Part shown: positions 13,226 to 25,699 of the stretch, piece by piece | Layout: each line of letters begins with the position of its first letter | How positions within the stretch are numbered: position 1 is the stretch's first letter | Origin: Chiloscyllium plagiosum | Lineage: Eukaryota | Length of the DNA: 64,000 bases | Direction: 5' to 3' | NCBI RefSeq assembly: GCF_004010195.1 | Contig: NC_057720.1 | Coordinates: forward strand, 13,657,189 to 13,721,188 | Position numbers and translations under genes: made by a program | The notes under the pieces: model-generated | Told to the model about the DNA's origin: nothing | The model's input: the letters and a program-made list of their open reading frames with translations, nothing else | Databases searched by the model: none

Positions 13226-13548
13226 ATTAGATTAGATTCCCGACAGTGTGGAAACAGGCCCTTCGGCCCAACAAGTCCACACCGACCCGCCAAAGCGTAA
13301 CCCACCCAGACCCATTCTCCTACATTTACCCCTTCACCTAACACTACGGGCAATTTAGCATGGCCAATTCACCTGACCTGCACATTTTTTTTGGATTGTG
13401 GGAGGAAACCGGAGCACCCGGAGGAAACCCACGCAGACATGGGGAGAATGCGCAAACTCCACACAGAGAGTCGCCTGAGGCGGGAATTGAACCCAGGTCT
13501 CTGGCCCTGCGAGGCAACAGTGCTAACCACTGTGCCACCGTGCCACCC
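13226..13548 (-). mobile_element. HE1/V-SINE-type tRNA SINE, full length
   Basis: Minus strand has A-box TGGCACAGTGG, B-box GGTTCAATTCC, body and TAATC tail. Confidence 0.9.
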
Positions 13549-14923
13549 ATATTGGTGATAGTTATGTTGTTCTTAACACTCCTTTGTGTACACAGCCCTC
13601 TAACTCGGATAGACAGCCTACTCTGTACTACCACTGTGCCTGCTACCATCTCCCCATTTGCACACAGCCATGTCTTCAGCCACTTACCCATTCACTTACG
13701 ACTTCTCACTTCATCTGCCCACCCCACGCCTTCTCAAGTGTGCCGGCTGGAGTGGTTAACAGTGAGCACTTCCTTATTATTTTGCATACTCCTTGCAAAG
13801 GGATCGACAGACCCTAAAGGGGCCCTTGAACCCAGTTTGGGAGCTGTTGATCCAGGCTGGCACTTCATTGCTGTACTGAGGGAATGTGCCCTTTGGAGGT
13901 GCCACCTTTTTGGGCGAGATATGAAAATGTGCTATATAAATGCAAGTTGTTTCTTCTTTGATTCTTACCAGGTTTTATTCAGGAAATAACTTTCAAAACT
14001 GACACATCCTTCGGAGGAGTTTGTTAATGCGCTGAACTAAAAGTGCCGGATAAAGCTCTTCAAAGCGTATTTAATGTATAGCCCCGAGATAAACTCATTC
14101 TCAAAAATGTAATTTGAGAATATTCTATGGATGCAAAAAAAAATATTTTGCAAACTAACCTGACAACCTGCCAAAATGTGTCAGAAGTTAAGAAGGCAAT
14201 TTTATGAATACCAACATTCAGTGTGTCAGATAGCATTAAATAAATGAAGAGATTTCAGGGGACTGGTATATACATCTTTACACGAATTGTCTTCAGCTAT
14301 ATTTCTCTTTCAGTGTATTACTGGCTTTATGACCTTGTGGGTCAAAGCAACTACTGAGAGGTCACAAACTGTGCCAAGAAGCTACAGTATATGGGGAAGG
14401 AATGTAATTATGTTTTTAAAATTCTTGACAGAGAAAGAAAGTCAGACAAACCTCCTTTGACCTGTAAAAGCTCTCAGGCAAAGAGGAGCATGAGATCATG
14501 AACAAATTGGAGACCATTTTGGTAATTCAGCACTAAATGCAAGTTAGACATCGAACATCGTCTGTTCAATGTTTTATAAGCACCAAAAATGCTGTGAGTT
14601 TAACATAATGTTTCAAGTAGAGTTCCAACAATGATTTTATGGTGATTACAGTCAATAACAAAATAATTGCACTACTTATATTATCACTTTGTCAATTCAT
14701 AAACCTTTTGTTCTTCCTTTTTTAGCGTCCTCATACATTAGTGTTGCTTTCCTACTGCTGAGTATCAAGTGGATCTTGTTTACAGATTTGAACACTTTTT
14801 TGTAAGGCTTGATGATTTTGAACTCTCCAGAGATTCCTTTTCCAGCTCGGGTTTTATGTAAGTTTATGTAAAATCTCTCGTGTCGTCTTGAATTGATGAC
14901 TTTTACTGATACTGATACCTCAC

Positions 14924-14999
14924 GGTTTCTTCAGACATCTTTTGCAAAGTGATCACATTCAGCCAAAGCCAAACAGCAGATAAAAACAGAACAAAAATC
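14924..14999 (-). CDS. Candidate internal exon (IFVLFLSAVWLWLNVITLQKMSEET)
   Basis: Acceptor TTCCTCAACTTCAG and donor ACC/GTGAGG; phase-compatible with 18554-18708; no homology recognised. Confidence 0.18.
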
Positions 15000-15204
15000 C
15001 TGAAGTTGAGGAACTTGGGAAAAGGGTGAAATGGCCTCCAGTCTGAATCTATTCACGGAGAAAGCCAAAACAAATCAAACACAGAGTCAAAGCAAACTCC
15101 TAAAAGTGCAGATTCCTATTTGGAAATCAGCTGAAGCGACCATAACGGATATTTTATTGCATTTGTTTTGCCTCAGTTTATTCAAACCCCATTCTGTAAT
15201 ACTT

Positions 15205-15575
15205 AAGTGCAAAGTCCAGGGTGGAATACCCAAATACAGGATTTGGGGGAGTGCTGCACTGTCAGAGTGTCATCTTTAACAGAGTCTTTAAAGTGGGGCC
15301 CTGTCTGCCTTCTCTGGTGGGCCCTGATACAATTTCAAAAAAGTGAAAGAGTGTTTTGGTATCCTGGCCAATATCCTCTGAAGCAATATTATTTTAATGT
15401 TATTTCAGTAGATTAAGCCTTCTTGGTGTTAATGGAATCTTGCTGTGTAAAGACTGGCTGCTACCCTTCTCTACTTTGCATTGGTAACTTCATTTCAAAA
15501 CGTATTTCATGTTGTGAAGTACTTTGCGATGTCCTGAGGTTATGAGAGGTGCTATATGTGCAAGTCTTTTTTCCT
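15205..15575 (+). mobile_element. Deu-domain-type SINE
   Basis: GGGAGTGCTGCACTGTCAGAG...TCCTGGCCAATAT...CTTGCTGTGT...GATGTCCTGAGGTTATGAGAGGTGCTATATGTGCAAGTC. Confidence 0.6.
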
Positions 15576-16108
15576 TTTTGTAACTGTGACTATGTTTGCA
15601 TTTTAATCTTGAAGCAACCGTCAAGGTCACATTGACTGAAGTTGTTCTAATTGCCCTACAATATTTTAACATCGGCGAACAGGACTGGGTAGATTTTCAA
15701 TTTGCAGCCTGGGCAATAAAACTTGTGATGTGGATCAGTTGCCCATTATAGATACTCCCAATTTCATTTTAAATTATATTCCATCTCAAACCAAATTCCT
15801 TTCACCCATCATTCACTGAGAAATATCGACTTTTCGACATGTAACGCCTTGATTTGAAAGCTGCCTCCTTTATGCTCAAGTCCTTTCGAAGGTTTGCTCT
15901 TCCTTATTTCTTCAACTTCCTCCAACTCTAAAATCCTCCCAGAACTCTACATTCTTCAATTCTGGCCTTTTTTGCCTCCTCACTTCCATTTCTCACCAGT
16001 GATCACCAATACTTCACCTGTCTGGGCCCTAACCCCTGGAATCCTCTCAGTAAATTTTACTTCCATTTCTCTCTCCTCCTTTAATAAACCCCTGAAAATT
16101 CTCTCTTT

Positions 16109-16309
16109 TGAAATAACACCGCAGACGCCAGTATCCCGTCCCGAGGTCATCTTTCATTTACACGTGAGCAATCCTTGACTTTAGTATTGCCTCATTCAGT
16201 ATCAGGTACCAGAGTTTCAGTATCTTTGACACTCAAACTTTTTATACATTAGGCAGGGCTCCCTGACTGGACCAAATTGACATATTCTATGAGGTATACC
16301 TGGCTGACA
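16109..16309 (-). mobile_element. Solo LTR (~200 bp)
   Basis: Minus strand runs TGTCAGCC...TTATTTCA (TG..CA) with 5-bp TSD TCTTT at 16104-16108 and 16310-16314; a second copy lies at 18261-18480. Confidence 0.75.
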
Positions 16310-16421
16310 TCTTTGAACAAACTTCTGGTCAGATTACATTTTGACTTGTCACCTTATGTCTGATTACAGTAATGACAACCTCCTTGTGACATTCTGTTAT
16401 GTGAAAGTAACTATATAAACA

Positions 16422-16636
16422 TGGTTAAAAATCACACAACACCAGGTTATAGTCCAACAGGTTTAACTGGAAGCACTAGCTTTCAGAGCGCTGCTCCTTC
16501 ATCAGGTGACAACCACCTGATAAAGGAGCAGCGCTCCGAAAGCTAGTGCTTCCAATTAAACCTATTGGACTATAACATGGTGTTGTGTGATTTTTAACTT
16601 TGCACTCCCCAGTTCAACACCAGCATCTCCAAATCA
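16422..16636. mobile_element. Fold-back Penelope-derived element, family 2
   Basis: ~85-bp inverted arms centred near 16511; TSD TATATAAACA at 16412-16421 and 16637-16646. Confidence 0.85.
16474..16508 (-). ncRNA. Minimal type I hammerhead ribozyme motif, family 2
   Basis: CAC-CTGATGA-A-GGAGC-AGC-GCTCT-GAAA-GC-TA-GTG: complete core, stems I and II pair, palindromic AGCT helix III. Confidence 0.7.
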
Positions 16637-16814
16637 TATATAAACACGAGTTTTTTGTTATCTAAAGTGGGAGTAGATGCTTACAAATAGCAACAAAAAG
16701 ATCAGGAATTAGCTGACCACTGAAGTCTGTTTTTAAATAATGTATCAACTTATCATCGAACCTCAACAAAACCAAATCAGCAAATTTCCTCACTGACTCC
16801 AAATGCAGCCCAAT

Positions 16815-18260
16815 ATAGATGCGAAGGTTGGTGGGGTGGAAGGTGAGCACCAGGGGTGTTCTGTCCTTGTTATGGTTGGAGGGGTGGAGGTTGAGGGCGG
16901 AGGGGTGGGATGTGGAGGAGGTGCGTTGGAGGGCATCTTTAACCACATGGGAAGGGAAATTGTGGTCTCTAAAGAAGGAGGCCATCTGGTGTGTTCTGTG
17001 GTGGAACTGGTCCTTCTGGGAGGAGATACAGTGGAGGCGGAGGAATTGGGAATATGGGATGACATTTTTGCAAGAGGTAGGGTGGGAAGAGGTGTAATCC
17101 AGGTAGCTGTGGGAGTCGGTGGATTTGTAAAAAATGTTGGTGTCAAGTCAGTCGTCATTAATGGAGATGGAGAGGTCCAGGAAGGGGAGGGAGGTGTCAA
17201 AGATGGTCCAGATAAATTTAAGGTCAGAGTGGAATGTGTTGGTGAATTTGATGAATTGCTCAACCTCCTCGTGGGAGCACGAGGTGGCGCCAATACAGTC
17301 ATCAATGTCACGGAGGAAGAGGTGGGGAGTGGTGCCGGTGTAACTATGGAAGATTGACTGTTCTACGTAGCCAACAAAGAGACAGGCATAGCTGGGGCCC
17401 ATGGCTACCCCTTTGGTCTGGAGGAAGTGGGAGGATTCGAAGGAGAAATTGTTAAGGGTGAGTACCAGTTCAGCCAAACGAATGAGAGTGTCGGTGGAAG
17501 TGTACTGTTGGGGACGTTGGGAGAGGAAGAAACGGAGGGTTTGGAGACCTTGGTCATAGCGGATGGAGGTGTAGAGGGATTGGATATCCATGGTGAAGAT
17601 GAGGCTTTGGAGGCCAGGGAAACGGAAGTCTTGGAGGAGGTGGAGGGCATGGGTGGTGTCTCAAACATATGTGGGGAGTTCATGGTCTGGGGGGATAGGA
17701 CAGTGTCGAGGTAGGTAGAAATGAGTTTAGTGGAGCAGGAGCATGCTGAGACAATGGGTCGGCCAGGGTGGTCAGGCTTGTGGATCTTGGGAAACGAGGT
17801 AGAACTGGGCAGTGCGGGGTTCCCGGACTATGAGGTTGGAAGCTGTGAGTGGGAGATCTCCTGAAGTGATGAGGTTCTGTATGGTCTGGGAGATGATGGT
17901 TTGGTGATGCGGGGTAGGAGGAGGTGTCTTCAATTTGGCGTCTGGCTTCAGCGGTGTAGAGGTCAGTGCGCCAAACTACCACTGCATCCCCTTTATCCGC
18001 TGGCTTGATGGTGAGGTCGGGATTGGAACAGAGGGAGTGGAGGGCTGCGCGTTGTGAGGGTGAGAGGTTGTAGTGAGGGAGGGGAGTAGACAGGTTGAGG
18101 CGGTTAATGTCCCGATGGCAGTTGGAAGTGAAGAGGTCGAGGGCGGGTAATAGGCCAGCATGGGGTGTCCAGGTGGATGCAGTTTGTTGGAGGCAGGCGA
18201 AGGGGTCCTCGGAAGGTGGGCGGGAGTCCTGATTGTAAAAATTGAGCTCGGAGGCGGAGG
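16815..18260 (-). mobile_element. Penelope-like element (Neptune-type) reverse transcriptase fragment, frameshifted
   Basis: IKPADKG..VVVW, MDIQSLYTSI, GVAMG, FLRDIDDCIG and LPFLDLSI motifs in ORFs 17680-18414 and 17148-17591. Confidence 0.9.
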
Positions 18261-18480
18261 GTTCAGCTGGGTGGACCTCATAGAATATGAGTTCCCTGAT
18301 TGAGGCTGTTAATCTGGTCCAATCATGGAGCCCTGCCCGACGTATGAAAAGATTGAGTGTCAGAGATACTGAAACTCTGATGCCTAATTCTGAATGAGGC
18401 AATACTAAAGTCAAGGATTGCTCACGTGTAAATAAAAGATGACTTGGGGGCAGGATACTGGGGTCTGTGGTGTTATTTCA
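18261..18480 (+). mobile_element. LTR copy of the same family as 16109-16309, fused to the Penelope fragment
   Basis: TCAGCTGGGTGGACCTCATAGAATATG...AATAAAAGATGAC...TGTTATTTCA. Confidence 0.75.
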
Positions 18481-18553
18481 AATGCAGCCCAATGGAAGTG
18501 CTTTTTTGTATTAGGAATGTCGAATGAACTTGAAGACGATACAAAAGCAATAC

Positions 18554-18708
18554 CTTTGCGGATTAGACTCGGACAGGCTTGGATTTGTGATATTATTCTG
18601 TCCACCCTTATAATGGAAAATGGAGCAAAAAGTTGTGAAAAAGGCAATTTTAACTCGATAGGTTATGCATATCAGGGAATGCAATGATGAAAAAAGGCCA
18701 ATCAGCTC
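18554..18708 (-). CDS. Candidate internal exon (ELIGLFSSLHSL...SESNPQ)
   Basis: CTGACTTTTCAG acceptor, AAG/GTATTG donor, one open frame; no homology recognised. Confidence 0.18.
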
Positions 18709-19747
18709 CTGAAAAGTCAGCCTTCTCCAACCTTTCCTCTCCCGTGATGGCAATTCAGGTATAATTCAAATAACCATCATAGTTTTGCTACTTTTGTCCT
18801 GTCCAGTGAAGTATTGTAAACATTTATCACTTGGAGTGAAGACATAAGTGTAATTTTCACTAATATGAGTTTATGTTCTCTTGTCTCGCAATCATAACTT
18901 CATTTAAAGTAATATTCTTGGCCACTTAATATTTTATAAAGCCTTCATGAAGTACCATCTTAATTTTTTTCTTTCAGATCCTTCTGGATGTACAGCTTGA
19001 ACTTCTTCTGATTGTCCAACAGCTCATTGGTAATCAGTCTCTAATGGTTGAATGTGTTTTGTTGCACAGTGACATGGTAATGAAGTGTAGTCCATTGTTG
19101 CATCATACAGTTTCAGCAGGAAATCTGGAGGCTTGCATTGTTTAAAAGTAATTCTTGGAATATGTGCAGCACCAGCAAAACCAGCAATTATTGCTCATCC
19201 CTAATTGCCCTTCAGAAGGTGGTGGTATTGAGCTGCCTTGTTGATTCATTGCAGTTTGTGTGGTGAAGATAGGGAGTAGCTGGAATTCAATCTGGTGATC
19301 AAGGGGAGTAGGTACTGAGTCAGCTTGGTATTTAGAAGAAAGGTGATGGTAATCCTATGCAATCGTTGGTCTTGTCATTCTAGCAATGGGTTTTAGATGT
19401 GCTGACAAAGAAGCCTTGGTAAGTCCTTAAAGTGCAAAACTCCATTGTTATGGTCATATATCTCAACAGTGTAATCTTCCATCACTCCCTAGTCCCAAAA
19501 TAAGTCTCCTTCTGCCAATACAACCTCATACATTGTAATTTTTTTAGGTGGATAGAGAAACAAATTACAATCTGAGCATTGAATCTTGATTGCAATTTCT
19601 GTGCAATGTAAATTCTGTAAATCTTTTGCTGCATTCACCTAATGCGCTATTTCCTAATAACTGTTCCCAGTAGGTATAATAAAGCAAGAAAATCTTTCTG
19701 TGATCTCCTCCAGATTTGGAATCTTCCAAGATATTGATGCTGTTCTA

Positions 19748-20090
19748 ATTTTTTTTTCGTTCATGGAGTGTGGGCATTGCTGGCTGGCCCTGCATTTCTT
19801 ATCCTTCTCTCGTTGCCCTCAAGGGGGTGGTGGGAAGCTACCTTCCTGAACCGCTGCAGTCTGGATGCTGCAGATTGACCCACAATGTCTTCAGGGAGGA
19901 TACTTCAGGATTTTGATCCACTGACAGTGAAGGAACTGCAATAAATTTCCAAGTTAGGATGGTGAGCGACATGGAGGGGAACTTGCAGATGGGGGTGTTC
20001 CCATGTATCTGCTGCTCTTGTCCTTCTGAATGGAAGTGGTTGTAGGTTTGGAAGGTGCTGTCTGAGGATCTTTGGTGAATTTCTGTAGTG
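19748..20090 (-). mobile_element. 3' end of the second LINE family ('family B', CR1/L2 group)
   Basis: Reverse complement of the 22200-22508 3' region. Confidence 0.75.
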
Positions 20091-20595
20091 CATCAATTTT
20101 GATAATTTGTAATTCCACAATTTTGATCTCTTCGCCACCAACGATTGTGATTTCAGTTTCTAAGGTGCTAACATTTGGAAACCCTGGCCCAAATCTCTCT
20201 GATTTTCTACTCTTTATGTCCTCTTCGAAGATGCTCCTCGAAACCCACCTCTTTGGCCCAAGATTTTGATCACCTCTTTGATTATGTACTTATGTGGTAA
20301 GGTGTAGAAGTTTCACTGTGGAATACCATCACACATTTTACAATTTTAAAAGTGTCATATAAATGCAGGAGCTGTTGTGACTCAATAGGTAGTGACCCTG
20401 CCTCTGAGCCAGAAACTTTGGGTTCAAGTCCCAGGGCCTGATGATCTAGGAAAGGGTGTATCACAACACAGTCCATCAGGTACATCATCAATTTGTAATT
20501 CCTTCCATTATACCCGTGGGAGGTGGCAGAGCAGGAGATTCAAGATAGAATCCCTTAAACAACAACTACTGGCATCAGGTTAGTCGCAGCAAAAA

Positions 20596-20938
20596 TGGAC
20601 AGCACGGTTGCTCAGTGGTTAGCACTGCTGCCTCACAGCACTAGGGATCCAGGTTCAATTCCAGCCTTGACCGACTGTCTGTGTAGAGTTTGCACATTCT
20701 TCCTGTGTCTGCATGGGATTCCTCCAGGTGCTCTGCTTTCCTCCCACAGTCCAAAGATGTGCTGGTTAGGTGGATTAGTCATGATAAATTGCGCATAGTG
20801 TTCAGGGATGTGTAAGTGAGGTGCATTAGTCAGAGGTAAATATAGGGTTGAGGAATGGGTCTGGGTGGGTTATTCTTCAGAGGGTCAGTGTGGACTTGTT
20901 GGGCTGAAGGGCCTGTTTCCACACTGTAGGAATCCTAC
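20596..20938 (+). mobile_element. HE1/V-SINE-type tRNA SINE
   Basis: A box, B box and full body. Confidence 0.9.
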
Positions 20939-21155
20939 AAAAACTAGTCGTGGAAATCGAAATGTAAGTATATACTTCGTGCATCTCCAGAAGAAGATAT
21001 AAATGCAATTTCATTTTGCTCATGTGGCACTTTCTGAAACATTAAAATGTAATACACGTTTTGTGTCTATGTAGAGGAGGAGTTGTATAAGTGGTTTGAG
21101 CTTTAACTAGTAGTTATATGTTGATGGTTCGGTAATTAGAACATTTTTTTTAAAA

Positions 21156-21440
21156 TTAGATTATATTACTTACAGTGTGGAAACAGGCCCTTTGGCCCAA
21201 CAAGTCCACACCGACCCGCAACCCACCCAGACCTTACATTTACCCCTTCACCTAACTCTATGGGCAATTTAGCATGGCCAATTCACCTAACCTGCACATT
21301 TTTGGACTGTGGGAGGAAACCCACGCAGACACGGGGAGAACGTGCGAACTCCACGCAGACAGTTGCCTGAGGCAGGAATTGAACCCGGGTCTCTGGTACT
21401 GTGAGGCAGCAGTGCTAACCACTGTGCCATCGTGCCATCC
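21156..21440 (-). mobile_element. HE1/V-SINE-type tRNA SINE
   Basis: Full body on the minus strand. Confidence 0.9.
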
Positions 21441-21444
21441 ACAA

Positions 21445-22508
21445 ATCACTGGCAGCTGTGGGCAAACACTCCATTGGTTGGAGTCATATCTAGCATATAG
21501 GAAGATGGTTGTGGTTGTTGGAGGTCAGTGGTCTCAGGACATCTCTGCAGGAGTTCCTCAGCGTTGTGTCTTAGGCCTAACCATCTCTAGCTGCTTCATC
21601 GTTGACCTTTGCTTCATCATAAGGTCAGAAGTGGGGATGTTCATCATGGATTGTACAATGTTCAGCACCATTTGCGACTCCTCAGATACTGTGGCAGTCC
21701 ACTGCAAAAAGGCCTGGACAATATCCAGGCTTGGGCTGACAAGTTGCAAAAAAACATTTGCATCACACAAATGCCGGGCAATAGTCATCTCCAATGAGGG
21801 ACAACCTAACCACCACTCCTTGACATTCAATGGTGTTACTATCACTGAATCTCCCACTATCAACATCCTGGGGGCTACCATTGACCACAAACTCAACTGG
21901 ACTTGCCACATAAACACAATGGCTTTCAGAGAAAGTCAGGGGCAAGGAATACTGCAGCAAGGAACTTGGCCTCTGATTCTGCAAAGTCTGTGCACTATTG
22001 ACATAGCACAAGTCAGGAATGTGATGGGGTACTCCCCACTTGCCTGGGTGGGTGCAGCTCCAACAACTCTCAAGAAGCTTGACACCATCCAGGATGAAGC
22101 AGCCCACTTCATTGGCACCACATCCACAAACATCCACTCCCTCCACCACCGACGCTCAGTAGCAGCAGTATGTACTACCTACAAGATGAATTGCAGAAAT
22201 TCACCACAAGATCCTTAGACAACAAACCCATGACCACTTCCATCTAGAAGGACAAGGGCAGCAAATACATGGAAATATCACCACCTACAAGTGCCTCTCC
22301 AAACCACTCACCGTCCTGACTTGGAAATATATCACCGTTTCTTCACTGTCACTGGGTCAAAATCCTGGAATTCCCTCCCTAATGACATTGTGGGTCAACT
22401 CATAGCAATGGACTGCGGGGGTTCAAGAAGGCAGCTCCCCACCACTTTCTCAAGGAAACTAGGGACAAGCAGATAGCAACAACACCGTCCCATGAATGAA
22501 TGAAAAAA
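21445..22508 (+). mobile_element. LINE family B RT/3' fragment, decayed
   Basis: ORF 21274-22218 contains WLESYL..RKMVVVVGG, AGVPQ..VLG, a degenerate YADD region and NILGATIDHKLNW; A-rich 3' end. Confidence 0.85.
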
Positions 22509-23159
22509 AACCTGTCCATGATTTCTGTCAATCTGAGTCTAAAAGACAGGTTAAATTCTGCATACTGTTTAAAACTGTTAACTTTTGTGACAACCGCAGG
22601 AATGGAGGTGCTTGATTTTGAGGATGTTATGCAGTGAGCTGTGACACAAGGAAGTACAGTCACTGCTGTAAGGTCTCGATAGAGAAAGCTAGTATGTGCT
22701 CGATTTGTAATGAGCTCCAAGACATCAAACTGAGTAATCTTTAGAGAATAGTCCCAATTAATTTGTGAATTAAGTTGCATTTCGAGTTCCTAATTTCAAT
22801 AGTCAGCTTGCTTTTAGAAAGAAATGATTTATCCATTGTATTAAAAGGAGGGTGAACCAGTGATAGATATCTTACTGGCTATATATTTCATGCAGACAAG
22901 GAGTCTTGCCAAAAGACTCATATTAACTTCATCTTTCTGTTAGCCCACTGGGTCTTAGCCTTTACTGGTGCGGCATTTTCCAGGTGTATTCTCAGATGGG
23001 TGGTGTAGAATCGATGGGCTGAATGACCTCCATGTGTGAGAGCTCCATGAGCTGACCTGTTCCTTTGACAGCAAGTCTGTTGAATGGAATTTCCACCTCT
23101 CCATTGAAGTTAGCGGTTATTTCATAACATCAGAAGGAGAAAATGTTAGTGATTAGGGG

Positions 23160-23545
23160 AAGTGGTGGCACGGTCAGTGCAGTAACAATCTAGAGGCCAA
23201 GGATTGGGTACATGGGTTCGAATCCCACGAGGGCTGCTTTTGGAATTTACATTTAATTCATAAAATCTGGAATTTATAAATTAATATCTGTGATAGTGAC
23301 CTTGATGCCATTGTCGATTCCTTGTAGAAAGCCATCTGGCTCACTGCTGTTCTCAAGGGAAGGAAATCTATCATCCTCATCTGGCTAAGCTTACATGTGA
23401 CTCCAGGCCCACTGCAGTGTGGTTGATTCTTGACTGCCCCCTGAAATGATTGGGTGAGCCAAACAGTTTGAGGGCGATATTGGAAATGGGCAAGAGTTGC
23501 TGGCCTTGCCAGTGTTTTACACCTCTAATTAAAGAATTGAAAAAA
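23160..23545 (+). mobile_element. Second tRNA-derived SINE family, sharing its 3' tail with LINE family B
   Basis: B-box GGGTTCGAATCCC; body CCATCTGGCTCACT...GGAAGGAAATCT...TGTGACTCCAG; GGGCAATTAGGGATGGGC-like tail. Confidence 0.7.
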
Positions 23546-23774
23546 CATCTTTGAGAACTAATATAAATAAGATGGAAGTGTGGTACAATGTTCACGGTTG
23601 GTGCAATCAATGATGTCATTTCTGTTTGACTTGATGAGAAGGTGTCAGGAGAATATTATTTAATGCTCATTTCTCAAAAACCTTAGAGGGTTTTAGGGCA
23701 GTGTCTTTCAAATATTTCCATATGGGATGTGTGGATGCTTGCAGGTTTCTAGTTATCACTGCACTTGTTTTCTT

Positions 23775-24088
23775 TAGAATCTCTACAGTGTGGAAACAGG
23801 CCCTTCAGCCCAACAAGTCCACACCGACCTTCCCACCCAAACCTGTTACTCTATATTTACCCCTGACTAATGCACCTAACCTACACGTCCCTGAACACTA
23901 TGGACAACTTAACATAGCCGATTCCCCTGAGCTGTACATGTTTGGATTGTGGGATGAAACTGGAGGAAACCCACACAGACACAGAGAGAATGTGCAAACT
24001 CCACGCAGACAGTCACACAAGGCTAGAATCGAACCCGGGTCCCTGGCACTGTGAGTCAGCAGTGCTCATCACTGAGCCACCGTGCCAC
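23775..24088 (-). mobile_element. HE1/V-SINE-type tRNA SINE
   Basis: Full body on the minus strand. Confidence 0.85.
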
Positions 24089-25699
24089 ACATTAGAAATA
24101 AGTCAGTGTTATTTTATTAACATATAACAACAAAAATAATAAAGTCAAAATAACTGAGTTGGGATCCTATCAGGATTCAGGGTGCCCAATATGAAAATAC
24201 ATAAAATCAATGAGAAGAAGGAAGGACCTCAAAACTCAAAATGAAGTATGCAAGCTATTCACAGGGAAACATGAATTACCAGCATTCCCATGGAGGTTAC
24301 TGGCCTTCTGATACCCCCAATGCCAGAAACTAAGGGATTTGATTGACCATTAGTAGACACAAGGACAGAGCTGAGGTCCCTTAGTCTCTAATCAGAGTTA
24401 TTTCTTGTCACATCTGACACATGTCCAACACTTGTACGCTCCTTGAGAGAAGGAATCACCTGGAGGACGTTGCTGGGCAGCACCTCTGAGATCCATGGCA
24501 CTCTCTAAATAATTGTGTGTGCCTGGATAAAAACTCCCAGGAGAAATATCATTTTTCAGTTAAATTGGCCTTAAATTGTCCTGAAGATGGAAGTGGATAC
24601 CTTCCTTGATTTATCAGTTGGCATCTTCCTTATTTTTTCTCTCTTCCTGTCTCTGATTCTCTCGATGTGCCCGCATGTTAAGAGTCTGCTCATTATTACA
24701 AGGTCAGTTGATATATGATTTTTAACAAGCAACATGTCTACCAGTAACAAGATTATTGTGCTTGAAGTAATTGATTTAACTTGCTTCGTTGGCTGTATAC
24801 TGAGTACAGCTTACTGAATGGAGCTTAATTGTGTGCATTGTTGACTTTGATTTCCAAGTGGTAGGTAGTCTGGAGTCTCTTCTTCTGAATAAACTATTCC
24901 CATCTGTTTATTTCAGCCAAGAACACTAGGGATAATTACCTGGCTCTTCTTCAAAATAGCTCCATGGAATCTTAACCTGCAACTAACAAGAAAGGTGGTG
25001 CTTTGGTTTCATCAGTGCAACACTGGAGTAGCTTTTATTGTTGTGTGCAAGTACTCGAGTGAGTCCTGGACCTTGTGACTCAGAGTTGTCCTGAGTTGTA
25101 GCCGAGACCCCAGTGCTGTTTTTGGTGGGATCTCTGTGTGTATAAATTAACTGTCACCTTTTCCTATACTTGAACAGTGACTGTATCTCAAAACATAATT
25201 AACTGGCTCTGAAGTGCTTTAGAACATAATAGGAATTTGGAAAAGTGCTCTGTAAAGACAAGCTCTTTCTTCTTTGATTTCTCCAAATATAGCCAGCAGT
25301 CTGCTTAAAGTGAGTTAAAAAGATCTGTCCTCTTAGAATCAGGGTAAGAGGAATAGATAGCCTTAATTACAACAGAACCAGAAAAGAAAATGATTGATGC
25401 TGATTGAACCAGGCGCTCTTTAACTTGCTAACTCGGGATCTCAAGCAGAAGAAGGCTCATTGCTTCAGGTAAATTCATAAGATCAAATCCTTTATGTTTC
25501 TCGTGATTGCTGTCTTTGTCCAAGTCATTATCTAGGTTTGTCTGCTGACTTGCTTGCTTTTCATTGGTTAAATTTCCACACAATCATTTTTCTATTTGGC
25601 AAATGATCTATCACAAAGATAAGCATATGTTGGGAAATCTTTCTTCAAGAAGCTACGCTAATTTGTTCTCTAAGAGTTAAATCATCATGTTACAGCAAA

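Noticed and set aside
13470..13548. tRNA gene
   Set aside because: The A and B boxes are the tRNA-derived head of a SINE, followed by the SINE body; the same applies to all copies.
13360..13989. 209-aa ORF and other MANSPNLHIF... ORFs
   Set aside because: They are translations of antisense HE1-type SINE copies.
16803..17357. Gly/Val-rich and Pro/Ser/Thr-rich ORFs
   Set aside because: They are alternative and antisense frames of the C-rich Penelope RT sequence.
21274..22218. Longest ORF (314 aa) as a host gene
   Set aside because: It is an antisense SINE reading into a decayed LINE RT whose catalytic motif is degenerate.
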